Shown piece after piece: positions 53,143 to 63,600 of a stretch of DNA of 64,000 nt (the first letter of the stretch is position 1; every line of letters starts with the position of its first letter). Origin of the DNA: an uncultured Acidobacteriota bacterium (GTDB lineage: Bacteria > Acidobacteriota > JAQAZP01); NCBI GenBank assembly GCA_963836075.1, contig CAWIIB010000009.1, forward strand, positions 160,001 to 224,000, given 5' to 3'. A model generated the notes under the pieces. It was not told the DNA's origin, did no database searches, and was given only the letters and a program-made list of their open reading frames with translations. A program made the translations under genes and the position numbers.

Positions 53143-55281
53143 ATGAAAATCAGACCGACGGCACTGGCGCTGCTGCTCCTGGCCCTGGCCATAACAGGCG
53201 GCTGCCGCCATGGAGATGAGATGACACAGCAAGAGCAGGCCGTGCCGCCGGTGGCCCGGGTGGAACCGCACCAGCTGGAGGCCCACGGTCACCTGCGCAC
53301 CGACGAGTATTACTGGCTCCGCGAGCGCGACGACCCGGCGGTGCTGGCCTACCTGGAAGCCGAGAACAACTACACCGCCGCCATGACCGCCCACACCGCC
53401 CAGCTGCGGGAGCAGATATTCGAGGAGATCAAGGGCCGGATCAAGCAGGCCGACAGCAGTGTGCCCTGGCGCCGGGACGGGTACTATTACTACACCTGCT
53501 ACGAGGAAGACCGGCCGTACCCCATCCACTGCCGGAAAAAAGGCTCCCCCAAGGCTGCGGAGGAGATCTTCCTCGACGTCAACCGTCTGGCCGAAGGACA
53601 CGACTTCTACTCGGTGGGGAGCTGGGATGTGAGCCCGGACGGGAACATCCTGGCCTATGCCGACGACACCGATGGCCGCCGCTTTCACACCATCCGCTTC
53701 ATCGACCTGGTCAGCGGCACGGCGCTGGACGACCGCATCGAACGCGTCACCTCGAACTTCGTCTGGGCCGAGGACAACCGGACCCTGTTCTACATCCGCC
53801 AGGACCCGGTGACCCTCCGCTCGCACCAGGTCCTGCGCCACCGCCTGGGAACCGCTCCGGCCGCAGACCGGCTGGTCTTCGAGGAACAGGACGAGACCTT
53901 CTCCTGCTCCCTGTCCAAAAGCGGGTCACGGGACTACATCATCATCCACTCGGAGCAGACGCTGAGCGGCGAAAGCCTGATCATCGACGCACGAAACCCG
54001 GACCAGGAGCCCACCGTGTTCCTGCCCCGGCGCCGGGGGCACGAGTACGAGATCGACCATGCCGGCGGGTTCTTCTACGTCCAGACCAACCTCGAGGCGA
54101 AGAACTTCCGCCTGATGCGCACCCCGACCGGACAGATTGCGGAGGTCAACTGGGAGGAAGTGGCCCCGCACCGCGAGGATGTCCTGCTGGACGGCTTCGA
54201 ACTGTTCAGCGACTACGTGGTGCTCAACGAACGCCACCGCGGCCTGGCCCGCTTCCAGGTGCTGCCGCTCTCCGGTGCGCCGGCGCACTACGTCGACTTC
54301 GGCGAGCCGGCCTACGAGGCCTCCCCCGAAAACAACCACGAGATCGAGACCCGCAAGCTGCGCTTCCGTTTTTCCTCCATGGCCACGCCGGATACGGTCT
54401 ACGACTACGACATGGAGACGCGGGAGAAGATCCTGCTCAAACAGGACGAGGTCCTCGGCGGATTCGACCCGGCACACTACCGCACCGAACGGCTGTTCGC
54501 CCGGGCGGCTGACGGCCGGGAGGTCCCCATCTCGCTGGTCTACCGCCGGGAGATGAAGAAGGAGGGGGGCAACCCGCTGCTGCTCTACGGCTACGGCAGT
54601 TACGGCTACAGCACCGAGGCCGGATTCAGCGCCGAGCGGGTGAGCCTGCTGGACCGGGGGTTCATCTTTGCCAAGGCCCATGTGCGGGGCGGCGAGGAAC
54701 TGGGCCGGCAGTGGTATGAGGACGGGAAGCTGTTCAACAAGAAGAACACTTACACCGACTTCATCGCCTGTGCCGAATACCTGGCAGCCCAGGGTTACGC
54801 GGGCCCCGGACAGCTCTATGCCCGGGGGGGCAGCGCCGGCGGCCTGCTGATCGGCGCGGTGATCAACATGCGGCCCGACCTGTTCCACGGGGTGATCGCC
54901 GACGTGCCCTTTGTCGACGTGGTGACCACCATGCTCGACGACACGATCCCGCTGACCACCAGCGAGTATGACGAGTGGGGGGATCCCAACCGCAGGGACT
55001 GCTACGACTACATGCTCTCCTACTCGCCCTACGACAACGTGGCGGCCCGGGACTACCCGCACATCCTGGTCACCACCGCGTACCAGGACTCCCAGGTCCA
55101 GTACTGGGAGCCGGCCAAGTGGGTCGCCCGACTGCGGGCGCTGAAGACGGACGACAACACCCTGCTGCTGCTCACCCTTATGGACGCCGGGCACGGCGGC
55201 ACCTCGGGCCGCTTCAAGCGCTACCGGGAGACGGCGTTCGACTACGCCTTCCTCCTCGACCTGGCACAGCCGGCCCCCTGA
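53143..55281 (+). CDS. ptrB: Oligopeptidase B (S9A), with a lipoprotein-type signal
   Basis: D.YYWLR, LYGYGSYG, HVRGG.ELGRQWY, GGSAGG, DSQVQYWEPAKW, GHGG.SGRF; ITGGC lipobox. Confidence 0.93.
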   Translation: MKIRPTALALLLLALAITGGCRHGDEMTQQEQAVPPVARVEPHQLEAHGHLRTDEYYWLRERDDPAVLAYLEAENNYTAAMTAHTAQLREQIFEEIKGRIKQADSSVPWRRDGYYYYTCYEEDRPYPIHCRKKGSPKAAEEIFLDVNRLAEGHDFYSVGSWDVSPDGNILAYADDTDGRRFHTIRFIDLVSGTALDDRIERVTSNFVWAEDNRTLFYIRQDPVTLRSHQVLRHRLGTAPAADRLVFEEQDETFSCSLSKSGSRDYIIIHSEQTLSGESLIIDARNPDQEPTVFLPRRRGHEYEIDHAGGFFYVQTNLEAKNFRLMRTPTGQIAEVNWEEVAPHREDVLLDGFELFSDYVVLNERHRGLARFQVLPLSGAPAHYVDFGEPAYEASPENNHEIETRKLRFRFSSMATPDTVYDYDMETREKILLKQDEVLGGFDPAHYRTERLFARAADGREVPISLVYRREMKKEGGNPLLLYGYGSYGYSTEAGFSAERVSLLDRGFIFAKAHVRGGEELGRQWYEDGKLFNKKNTYTDFIACAEYLAAQGYAGPGQLYARGGSAGGLLIGAVINMRPDLFHGVIADVPFVDVVTTMLDDTIPLTTSEYDEWGDPNRRDCYDYMLSYSPYDNVAARDYPHILVTTAYQDSQVQYWEPAKWVARLRALKTDDNTLLLLTLMDAGHGGTSGRFKRYRETAFDYAFLLDLAQPAP

Positions 55282-55305
55282 GCGCGCCGGCGGCCGGTGC
55301 CGCGG

Positions 55306-56877
55306 TCAATCCGTCCCGTCGTTCTTTTCCGTGATTTCGCCGTCACCGCAGCCGCGGTTGTAGAGCCAGGACAGCTCCCTGAGGTAGCGGGCCGACTGCT
55401 GCTCCAGGCGGTCCAGTTGCCCCCGCCGGCAGCGCCAGGCCCAGTTGCCGGCAACGGTACCGGGGGTGTTGAACCGCGCTTCCGAGCCGAGGGACAGCAG
55501 GTCCTGCAGCGCGATGACGGCCATGTTGCAGGTGGACGCGTATGCGGCGCGCACCAGGTCCCAGGAGACGTCGTCGCCGCTGACCCGCAGGTAGCGGCGC
55601 AGCTGGTCGCGGATCTCCTCCGACCCCAGGCTCTGCCACCAGCCATGGCTGGTGTCGTTGTCGTGGGTGCCGGGATAGACCACACAGTTGCGCCTCAGGT
55701 TGCAAGGCAGGTAGAGGTTGTCCGGCTCACCGGTGAAGGCGAACTGCAGTACCGCCATCCCCGGCAGGCCGGTGGCCCTGGTGAACTCCAGCAGCTCCGG
55801 GGTGATCTCGCCCAGGTCCTCGGCGATGATCTTCGCTTCGGGAAACCGCTCGTTCACCGCCCGGAAGAACGGCAGGCCCGGCCCCGGAACCCACTCACCG
55901 CCCCGCGCATCCTCTGCATCGGCCGGGATGCGCCAGAACGCCTCGAAGCCGCGGAAATGGTCCAGGCGCACCACATCGAACAGGTCGAGGTTCATCCCCA
56001 GGCGCCGCAGCCACCACTCGTATCCCGATGTCTCCAGTTCCTGCCAGTCGTAGATCGGATTGCCCCACAGCTGGCCGGTCTCGGAGAAGTAGTCCGGCGG
56101 CACCCCGGCCACAAAGCGCGGCTGCCCCCGGCGGTCCAGTTCAAAGAGCCAGGGGTTGGCCCAGGTGTCGGCACTGTCCCCCGCCACGTAGATCGGGGCG
56201 TCGCCGATGATACCGACACCCCGCTCCGCGGCATAGCCGCGCAGACGCTTCCACTGGCTGAAAAAGAGATACTGGAAGAACGCGTGCTCGTCGGCCGCAG
56301 CGGCCAGTTCCTTGCGGAAGGGCGTGGAGGCCGCCTTGAGATACGAGGCATACCCGGCCGGCCACTCCTGCCAGGGCGCGCCCTTGAACCAATCCTTCAG
56401 CGCCATGTAGAAGCTGTAAGGAGCGAGCCAGTAGTCGCTTTCCTCCCGCCACTTCCCGAAGGAACCGTATTCACCAGAGAGCACTTCACCCCGCTGGACG
56501 AACCGCTGGTGGGCCAGCCGGAGCAGCGCCGGTTTCAGTTTCACGATGGAACCGTAATCCACCCTGCCGGCGGGGAGGACGCGCAGCGGGTGCAGTTCCG
56601 CATCCTCCAGCAGGCCGAAGGAGACCAGTTCCTCCAGGTCGATCAGCAGCGGGTTCCCGGCAAAGGCCGAGAAACACTGGTACGGGGAATGGCCGAACCC
56701 GGTGGGCCCCAGCGGGCAGATCTGCCAGTACTGCAGTTCCGCCGCAACCAGGAAGTCGATCAGCCGCCGGGCGTCCGCGCCCAGCGTCCCGATGCCCTGG
56801 CCGCCGGGCAGGGCGGTGGGGTGCAGCAGCAGGCCGGCGCTGCGGCGGTCCAGCCAGTTGAAAATCGGAGTGTCCAT
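55306..56877 (-). CDS. malQ: 4-alpha-glucanotransferase (GH77)
   Basis: LLHPTALPG, WQ..PLGPT, GVPPDYFS.TGQLWGNP, RLDHFRGF, IAEDLG, GTHDNDT. Confidence 0.95.
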   Translation of the reverse strand: MDTPIFNWLDRRSAGLLLHPTALPGGQGIGTLGADARRLIDFLVAAELQYWQICPLGPTGFGHSPYQCFSAFAGNPLLIDLEELVSFGLLEDAELHPLRVLPAGRVDYGSIVKLKPALLRLAHQRFVQRGEVLSGEYGSFGKWREESDYWLAPYSFYMALKDWFKGAPWQEWPAGYASYLKAASTPFRKELAAAADEHAFFQYLFFSQWKRLRGYAAERGVGIIGDAPIYVAGDSADTWANPWLFELDRRGQPRFVAGVPPDYFSETGQLWGNPIYDWQELETSGYEWWLRRLGMNLDLFDVVRLDHFRGFEAFWRIPADAEDARGGEWVPGPGLPFFRAVNERFPEAKIIAEDLGEITPELLEFTRATGLPGMAVLQFAFTGEPDNLYLPCNLRRNCVVYPGTHDNDTSHGWWQSLGSEEIRDQLRRYLRVSGDDVSWDLVRAAYASTCNMAVIALQDLLSLGSEARFNTPGTVAGNWAWRCRRGQLDRLEQQSARYLRELSWLYNRGCGDGEITEKNDGTD

Positions 56878-57008
56878 CAGAACCCTGAACGCTCACCGGT
56901 CGCAGGGTCAGCGGCTTCTCCCAGACAATCCTGGAGACGCCCTGCAAAAAACCGGCATGGGAAAGGGATATTGTCGGCGGGCCCCGTTGGGCCCGCCGCT
57001 CTCGGATG

Positions 57009-59405
57009 CTATTGCAGGACGCCCCCGGCCACGTTCCCGCCGTGGGTCACCGAGCTGCCGTACGCGTCGAAATCGATGCCGGTGATCGGGGTGGCCGTGC
57101 CGCCGGTGACGTCGAAGGCCCTGACCTGGGCCCCGACGGACGCGTCCGGCCCGGGCATGGTCAGGATCTCGTCCCTGCCGTCGCCATCCACGTCGCCCGT
57201 ACCAACCTGGACACCATTTTTCGTTCCGTCGTAGGCGAAGAAACTCACCCCGGACAGAGCGGCCAGCGTGGCGCCGTCATAGTTCCAGCCCCGCACGTGG
57301 GCGAAGAAGATCTGGCCCGGACCGGCGCCGGTGATTATCTCGTCGATGCCGTCACCGTCGATGTCGCCGCAGGCCACATTGACCCCGTACTGGAGACTGC
57401 CGTAGGCAAAGTAACTCACCGCCGGTATGGCCGCGGCAGCGCCGCCGTCCACGTTCCAGCCCCGGACGTGGGGGCCGAAGACCGCGCCGGGGCCGGCGCC
57501 GGTGACGATCTCGTCAAACCCGTCGCCGTCGATATCGCCGGCGCTGACGTTGGTCCCGTACTTCAGCGTGCCGTAGGCAAAGTAGCTGACCCCGGAGATG
57601 GGGGACACCGAACTGCCGCCGTCGTGGTTCCAGCCGCGGACGTGGGGGCCGAACACGGCGCCCGGGCCCGGGCCGGTGATGATCTCGTCCTTGCCGTCGT
57701 TGTCGATGTCGCCGCAGGCCACGTTGACGCCATACTTCAACGTGCCATAGGCAAAGAAGCTGATCGAACTCACCGCCGCGCCCTCAGGGGTGAAGGCCCG
57801 CACGTGGGGGCCGTACACCGCGCCCGGTCCCGGGCCGGTGATCACCCAGTCCCGGCCGGTGCCGTTGATGTCGCCACAGGCCACGTTGACCCCGTACTGG
57901 TCCGGGCCGTACACCGTCCACTCGGCCTCCGGGGCGCTGACGCTCTGCAGGTTCCAGACCCGGGCCAGCGCCGGGTTGGAGGCCACCGGGCCGGGCCCGG
58001 TGACCAGGGTGCCCACGCCGCCGGTGCCGCCGATGCCGTTGAGCGTGTTTGCCCCGGTGCCCAGCGGGTCGAGCCAGTCGCTCAGCCGGTCGGCGGCGGT
58101 GGCCCCGTTCCAGGACCAGGAGACCGCGCCATAGATATCGGAGAGGTCGTTGCTGCAGGCCGCCGAGCCGCCGTAGAGCTGGCCGACGAAGTGGTGATTC
58201 TGGTTATACAGCGGGCAACCCGAGGAGCCGCCCTCGGTGGAGCCGGCATCGTAGTCGCTGACCCGGACCATCCGCCCCCCGTCCGCGCTGGTGGTGGGGT
58301 CGTCCTCGAAGGAGATCCGCTTCTCCTGCACGTTGGGGTGGTGGATCGCCACCGCCGAGGTGGCCTGGGTGCCCGAATGGTCCCAGCCGGCCCAGAAAAC
58401 GTTCCACTCGGGATTGGGAGCGTCGTCGAGCTGCACCAGGCAGAAATCCGAAGCCGAGCCGTCGGCCAGTTCGGTGGCTCCGACCTGACTCATGGTCAGG
58501 TCGCCGTCACCGGGCTGGCCGCTCTCCGTGCTCCAGGGCTCACGGCACCAGCTGTTCTCGTAATTCCAGTAGATCCGCATCGTGTGGTCGTTGCCCGCAG
58601 TGACCCCGCAGTGATTGGCGGTGATGAAGTAGGGGGTGAAGTCGTTGGCCGTGTTGTTGATCATCGACCCGGTGCAAATTTTGTAACCCTGGAGTTGGAT
58701 GGCGCCCACCGAGCGGATCTCGTTGCGCCAGGGGTCTCCTTCAGGACAGACCACGTCGATGTTGCACGACTGGGAGCGCTCACCGTCAGCCGGTTCGCTG
58801 AAGAACCCGCGGTAGCCGTGGTTCACCACGCCGAGCAGCACCTCGAGATTTTTCATCTCGTCCACCGGCACCGTGATCTCCACCACCAGTTCATCACCAG
58901 GCAGGACGGGGGACCAGTATTCACCGTGCTCCCGGTTGTCCTTCACGGTGAGCGGACCATACCTCAGCGAGTAGTCGGGAGTGTAGAGGAACATCTCGCC
59001 GCCCTCGGGCATCACCCAACGCCAGAACCCGAGGTTCAGCGAGCTGGCTCCTTCAGAAACCACGTGCAGCCGCCACATCACCCGCTCGCCGGAGAGCGGC
59101 TCCCAGGTGCCCGAGTCGTCGGTGGACCGCAGCACTTCCAGGGGCATGGCAAAGCGCCACGGCTCGTTGAGTTGGTCGGCGATCTCGTCTTCCATGCGGA
59201 CCTGCACCATGTCCAGTTCGGGCATGGTCAGCGTGTCCACACTGCTCAGCGGCTGAACAGCTTCCATCTCCGCGGCCGGGCGGATCTCCGAATTCACCGG
59301 TTCGATCAATGCCATGGCCGGCAGCGCAGTCATGAGACTCAGCAGCATGATGGCAATGCTGCCGCTGATGAGCCGGATCGTTGCACCACAAGCGATTTTC
59401 TTCAT
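57009..59405 (-). CDS. Secreted lysyl-endopeptidase-like S1 protease with a C-terminal FG-GAP-like propeller
   Basis: CNIDVVCPEG, TANHC, SDFCLV, TEGGSSGCPL; five GxNVxxGDIDxDGxDEIITGxGPG repeats. Confidence 0.88.
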   Translation of the reverse strand: MKKIACGATIRLISGSIAIMLLSLMTALPAMALIEPVNSEIRPAAEMEAVQPLSSVDTLTMPELDMVQVRMEDEIADQLNEPWRFAMPLEVLRSTDDSGTWEPLSGERVMWRLHVVSEGASSLNLGFWRWVMPEGGEMFLYTPDYSLRYGPLTVKDNREHGEYWSPVLPGDELVVEITVPVDEMKNLEVLLGVVNHGYRGFFSEPADGERSQSCNIDVVCPEGDPWRNEIRSVGAIQLQGYKICTGSMINNTANDFTPYFITANHCGVTAGNDHTMRIYWNYENSWCREPWSTESGQPGDGDLTMSQVGATELADGSASDFCLVQLDDAPNPEWNVFWAGWDHSGTQATSAVAIHHPNVQEKRISFEDDPTTSADGGRMVRVSDYDAGSTEGGSSGCPLYNQNHHFVGQLYGGSAACSNDLSDIYGAVSWSWNGATAADRLSDWLDPLGTGANTLNGIGGTGGVGTLVTGPGPVASNPALARVWNLQSVSAPEAEWTVYGPDQYGVNVACGDINGTGRDWVITGPGPGAVYGPHVRAFTPEGAAVSSISFFAYGTLKYGVNVACGDIDNDGKDEIITGPGPGAVFGPHVRGWNHDGGSSVSPISGVSYFAYGTLKYGTNVSAGDIDGDGFDEIVTGAGPGAVFGPHVRGWNVDGGAAAAIPAVSYFAYGSLQYGVNVACGDIDGDGIDEIITGAGPGQIFFAHVRGWNYDGATLAALSGVSFFAYDGTKNGVQVGTGDVDGDGRDEILTMPGPDASVGAQVRAFDVTGGTATPITGIDFDAYGSSVTHGGNVAGGVLQ

Positions 59406-59632
59406 CGGATCTACTCCTCCGTCTTCCGTCTTTCTTTATAGTCTTTGTGAACCAGTCACGTATTCTACTTGATCGACACCGGGATACGAAGCCCTGTTAT
59501 CCCGGAATCCCGGACCGGAAAACTCCTGATTGAACCAAACCACTGGAAATGCGTTACTAATGGGGAATCGGACACCGGCTCCACAATAATGGACGCCACA
59601 ATCGGCCGACCCGGCTCTTAGGGACTCCTAAC

Positions 59633-60346
59633 ATGAACTATTTGCTGATTTTACTCGTTCTGGGCACCATCATCCTGATTCACGAGTTCGGCCACCTGCT
59701 TGCGGCCAAGGCCACCGGGATCCCCATCCGCCGCTTTTCGGTCGGTTTCGGCCCCCGTATCTGGGGTTTTCAGCGAGGCGGCACCGAGTACCGGGTCTCG
59801 CTGGTCCCCATCGGGGGATACGTGCTGCCCGAGGGCGAAAGCGAGGAGGAATTCCTGGGTTACCCGGCCTCCCGGCGGATCCTCTTCTCCCTCGGCGGGC
59901 CGCTGGCCAACATGGCCGCCGCCTTTGCCGGCCTGGCCGCGGCCTACGCGGCCAACCTGGGCCCCTCCTTCTCCTCGCTGGTGGTCCAGCCGGCAGCCGA
60001 CCTCTACCGGCTTCTCTCGGAGATCGTGCTCCTGCTGCCGGCCCTGTTCAGTACCCCGGACCAGATGTCCGGCGTGGTGGGCATCGTCTCCTGGGGCGGG
60101 CGCCCGGAGGGGATGACCATCGCCGCGCTGCTCACCTTCTTCGTGCTGCTCAACGTCAACCTGGCCTTCTTCAACATGCTGCCCCTGCCCCCGCTGGACG
60201 GGGGAAAGATCCTCTTCGCCCTGCTGGAGAAGGTCTACCGGCCCCTGCAGCGCCTGCACCTGCCCATGGCTCTCACCGGCTGGCTGCTGATCATCTCGCT
60301 GATGCTCTATGTCACCGTCTTCGACGTGAAACGGCTGCTGGGCTGA
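59633..60346 (+). CDS. Site-2 protease (M50, RseP-like without PDZ)
   Basis: HEFGH, FSVGFGP, GGPLAN, NMLPLPPLDGG. Confidence 0.9.
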   Translation: MNYLLILLVLGTIILIHEFGHLLAAKATGIPIRRFSVGFGPRIWGFQRGGTEYRVSLVPIGGYVLPEGESEEEFLGYPASRRILFSLGGPLANMAAAFAGLAAAYAANLGPSFSSLVVQPAADLYRLLSEIVLLLPALFSTPDQMSGVVGIVSWGGRPEGMTIAALLTFFVLLNVNLAFFNMLPLPPLDGGKILFALLEKVYRPLQRLHLPMALTGWLLIISLMLYVTVFDVKRLLG

Positions 60347-60676
60347 CCAACACGAACCGGTACCCTTCTGTTGCAGCCCTACCCCACTGTGGCAACCCTC
60401 ACATGATCACGACAAACCGGGATTCGTCCTATCGAAATACACCTTGACGGAACAGGTGTGTGAACCTATACATAAGATATATAAAGACTTTCAATGGAGA
60501 TGGCTCGTAAAAACGATGCCTTTCCTGCCACTCTTCACAGTCCAGAATTAAAAAATTCACAAAATGAACAGTATCCTGTTTCTCACTGTTCTCACTATTT
60601 TTTTGAAAATCTCACTCTTGTTCGTTATCTGAGTGCGTACCAGCTTTTCCCCAAGCAGGCGTAAAGGAGATAATCG

Positions 60677-63600
60677 ATGATCACGAAAAGATTCGCATTA
60701 CTTATGATGATTCTCATCCTGGCGCTGGCGCCCACCGTCGCCCCGGCCCAGCAGACCTTCACCGAGGACTTCAGCACCACGACCTACATGGATGCGTTCA
60801 ACACCACCGCCGACTGGAACACCACAGACGGCGAGCTGAAGCTCTTTCCGTTCGTAATCACCCTCGCCGGGTCTTATGACACTGCCGGTGAAGCCTGGGA
60901 CATGGTGCTGTCGGGCAATCACGCTTTTGTGGCCGATTACTCATCCGGTCTTCAGATTGTGGACATCAGCGATCTGGCCAATCCCGTCCTTGCCGGCAAC
61001 TACGACACATCAGGCCAGGTGAGAGGCCTAGCCGTTTCAGGGGACCATGCCTTCCTGGCCGACGGGTCCCCAGGCCTGCTGGTAGTCGACATCAGCGATC
61101 CGACGAATCCCACCCTGGCCGGAAGCTACAACACAGCGGACAACGCCTTTGATGTCGTGGTGTCCGGTGACCACGCCTTCGTGGCTGATCGTCTATCCGG
61201 TCTGCAGATTATCGATATCAGTGATCCAACGACCCCCTCGCTTATTGGCAGCTATGACACATCCGGCTCTGCCTATGGAGTGGCCGTTTCCGGTGACCTC
61301 GCCTTTGTGGCTGACATGTCATCTGGTCTGCAGGTGATCGACGTCAGCGATCCCACCACCCCCGTGCTGGCCGGCAGCTATACCACACCATCGTTGGCCC
61401 GGGATGTGGAGGTCTCCGGAAATTATGCCTACGTTGCCGATGGGGCCTCCGGCCTGCAGGTAGTCGATATCAGCGATCCGGCTAATCCCGTGCTTGCCGG
61501 TAGCGGTGACACGCCAGACAATGCCCAGGATCTGGTGATATCTGGTGATCGCGCATTCGTGGCCGATGGAGATACAGGCCTGCTGATATTCGATATCACC
61601 GATCCCACCAGCCCCTCACTTGCCACTGAATACGACACTTCAGGCAGCGCCTCTGGCGTGGCGGTGGCGGGCAACCATGCCTTTGTGGCGGACGGAAATA
61701 CCGGCCTCCAGGTGATCAGGATCAGCCAACCCACGAGCCCCATGCTCGCCGGCAGCTATGAAACGCCAGACCTTGCCTTAGGCGTGGCGGTATCGGGCGA
61801 TCACGCTTTCGTGGCCGACCAGATCTCCGGCCTGCAGGTAATTGACATCAGCAATCCCACCATCCCCACCATCACCGGCAGCTACGACACTCCAGGCTAT
61901 GCACATAGCGTGGCGGTGTCGGGTGACCACGCCTTCGTGGCGGACAATAATTCCGTGCAGGTGATTGACATCAGTGATCCTACCATCCCCGTGCTCGCCG
62001 GCAGCTACGACACACCGAGCACAGTCCGTGGCGTGGCGGTGGCGGGCGATCACGCCTTTGTGACAAGCTACTATTCCGGCCTGCAGGTGATCGACATCAG
62101 CGACCCGACGAACCCCACGCTGTCCGGCAGCTATGCCACATCAAGCTTTGCACGTAACCTGGCGGTGTCGGGTAATCACGCCTTCGTGGGAGACGCCTAT
62201 TCCGGCCTCCAGGTGATCAACATCAGCGATCCGACAAACCCCACACTGGCCGGCAGCTATGACACACCGAGCGATGCAAGAGGCGTGGCGGTGGCGGGCG
62301 ATTACGCCTTCGTTACTGACATAGACTCCGGCCTGTTGGTGATCGACATCAGCGATCCTACCAACCCCGTGCTGGCCGGCAGCTATGATACACCGGGCTC
62401 CTCAGCATATGGCGTGACGGTATCGGGCGATCACGCGTTTGTGGTGGACTTCATTTCCGGCTTGCAGGTGATCGACATCAGTGATCCCGCGAACCCTACA
62501 CTGGCCGGCACCCTTGACATGTCAGACGGTGCCAGGAGCGTGGCGGTGTCTGGCGACCACGCCTTCGTGGCGGGCTACAATTTCGGCCTTCAGGTGATAC
62601 AGGTAAGGCAAAGCGAGGTCGATCAATCGCAGAACATTGGTCAGTCACTGGCGATGGACGGGACGTCGGACGCCATCATTCGCGCTCGCCTCACCAGCAC
62701 GGAGACCGGCGGGTTGGGCTGGGATCTGAGCGCTGACGCGGGGACAGACTGGACGGCCGTCACCTCAGACGGTTCCTGGACCCGGGTCGCGCCCACCGGG
62801 ACGGATCTCCACTGGCGCTCGACGCACACCTTTGCCGGGCCTGGCATAAACCCCACGGTCTCGGAATTGACTATCGACTGGCTCAATGAGTTCGGGCCAA
62901 TCAATTCGGTCACCGATGTGCCTGACGATCAAGGGGGTTGGGTGCGCATCGACTTCACCCGCTCCGGCTACGACTTCGCCGACGAGGCCAGCCTGCCGGT
63001 GGTCGGCTACAACATCTACCGCCGTGTTGATGGAGCTGCGCTGACAACCCTGATCGGGGATGCCGAGTCTCTTGAAGCGGATACAGGGTCAATGCACACA
63101 GCGGGCAAAAGCCTCCCCTATCCCCTGCCGGGCATGAAGATCACTCGCCTCGGGGACCGGATCTTCGTCAACGCGTCGGGGGCCACAACCGACCGGGCAG
63201 GCACGTTTCCACCCGGCACCTGGGAGATCATGACCTACGTGGCGGCGACCCAGTCGGACACCTACCAGGTGAGCGTACCCACCCTCGCCGGCACTACCAC
63301 CTACCTGGTGACCACCCACACCACCACACCCTCGGAATGGTTCGTCAGCCCCACCGCCAGCGGCGCCTCGGTGGACAACATCGCCCCGGCGGTGCCGATG
63401 AACCTCCTCTTCAGCGGACCTGACGTTTTGAGTTGGGACGAAGCGCCCGAACCGGACTTCGGCTACCACACGGTCTATGGCTCGGAGAACCCGGTCTTTG
63501 ATCCGTCGGCAACCCTGATCGGCTACACCATCGCCCAGACCTATGACGTGTCGGGGTCGGTCGCCAGCTATTACCACCTGACCACCTCGGACCATTCGGA

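Noticed and set aside
60860-62610. Regular ~126-bp DNA repeats as a CRISPR array or satellite
   Set aside because: They are in-frame LVIVD coding repeats with synonymous variation, no repeat-spacer structure and no cas genes.
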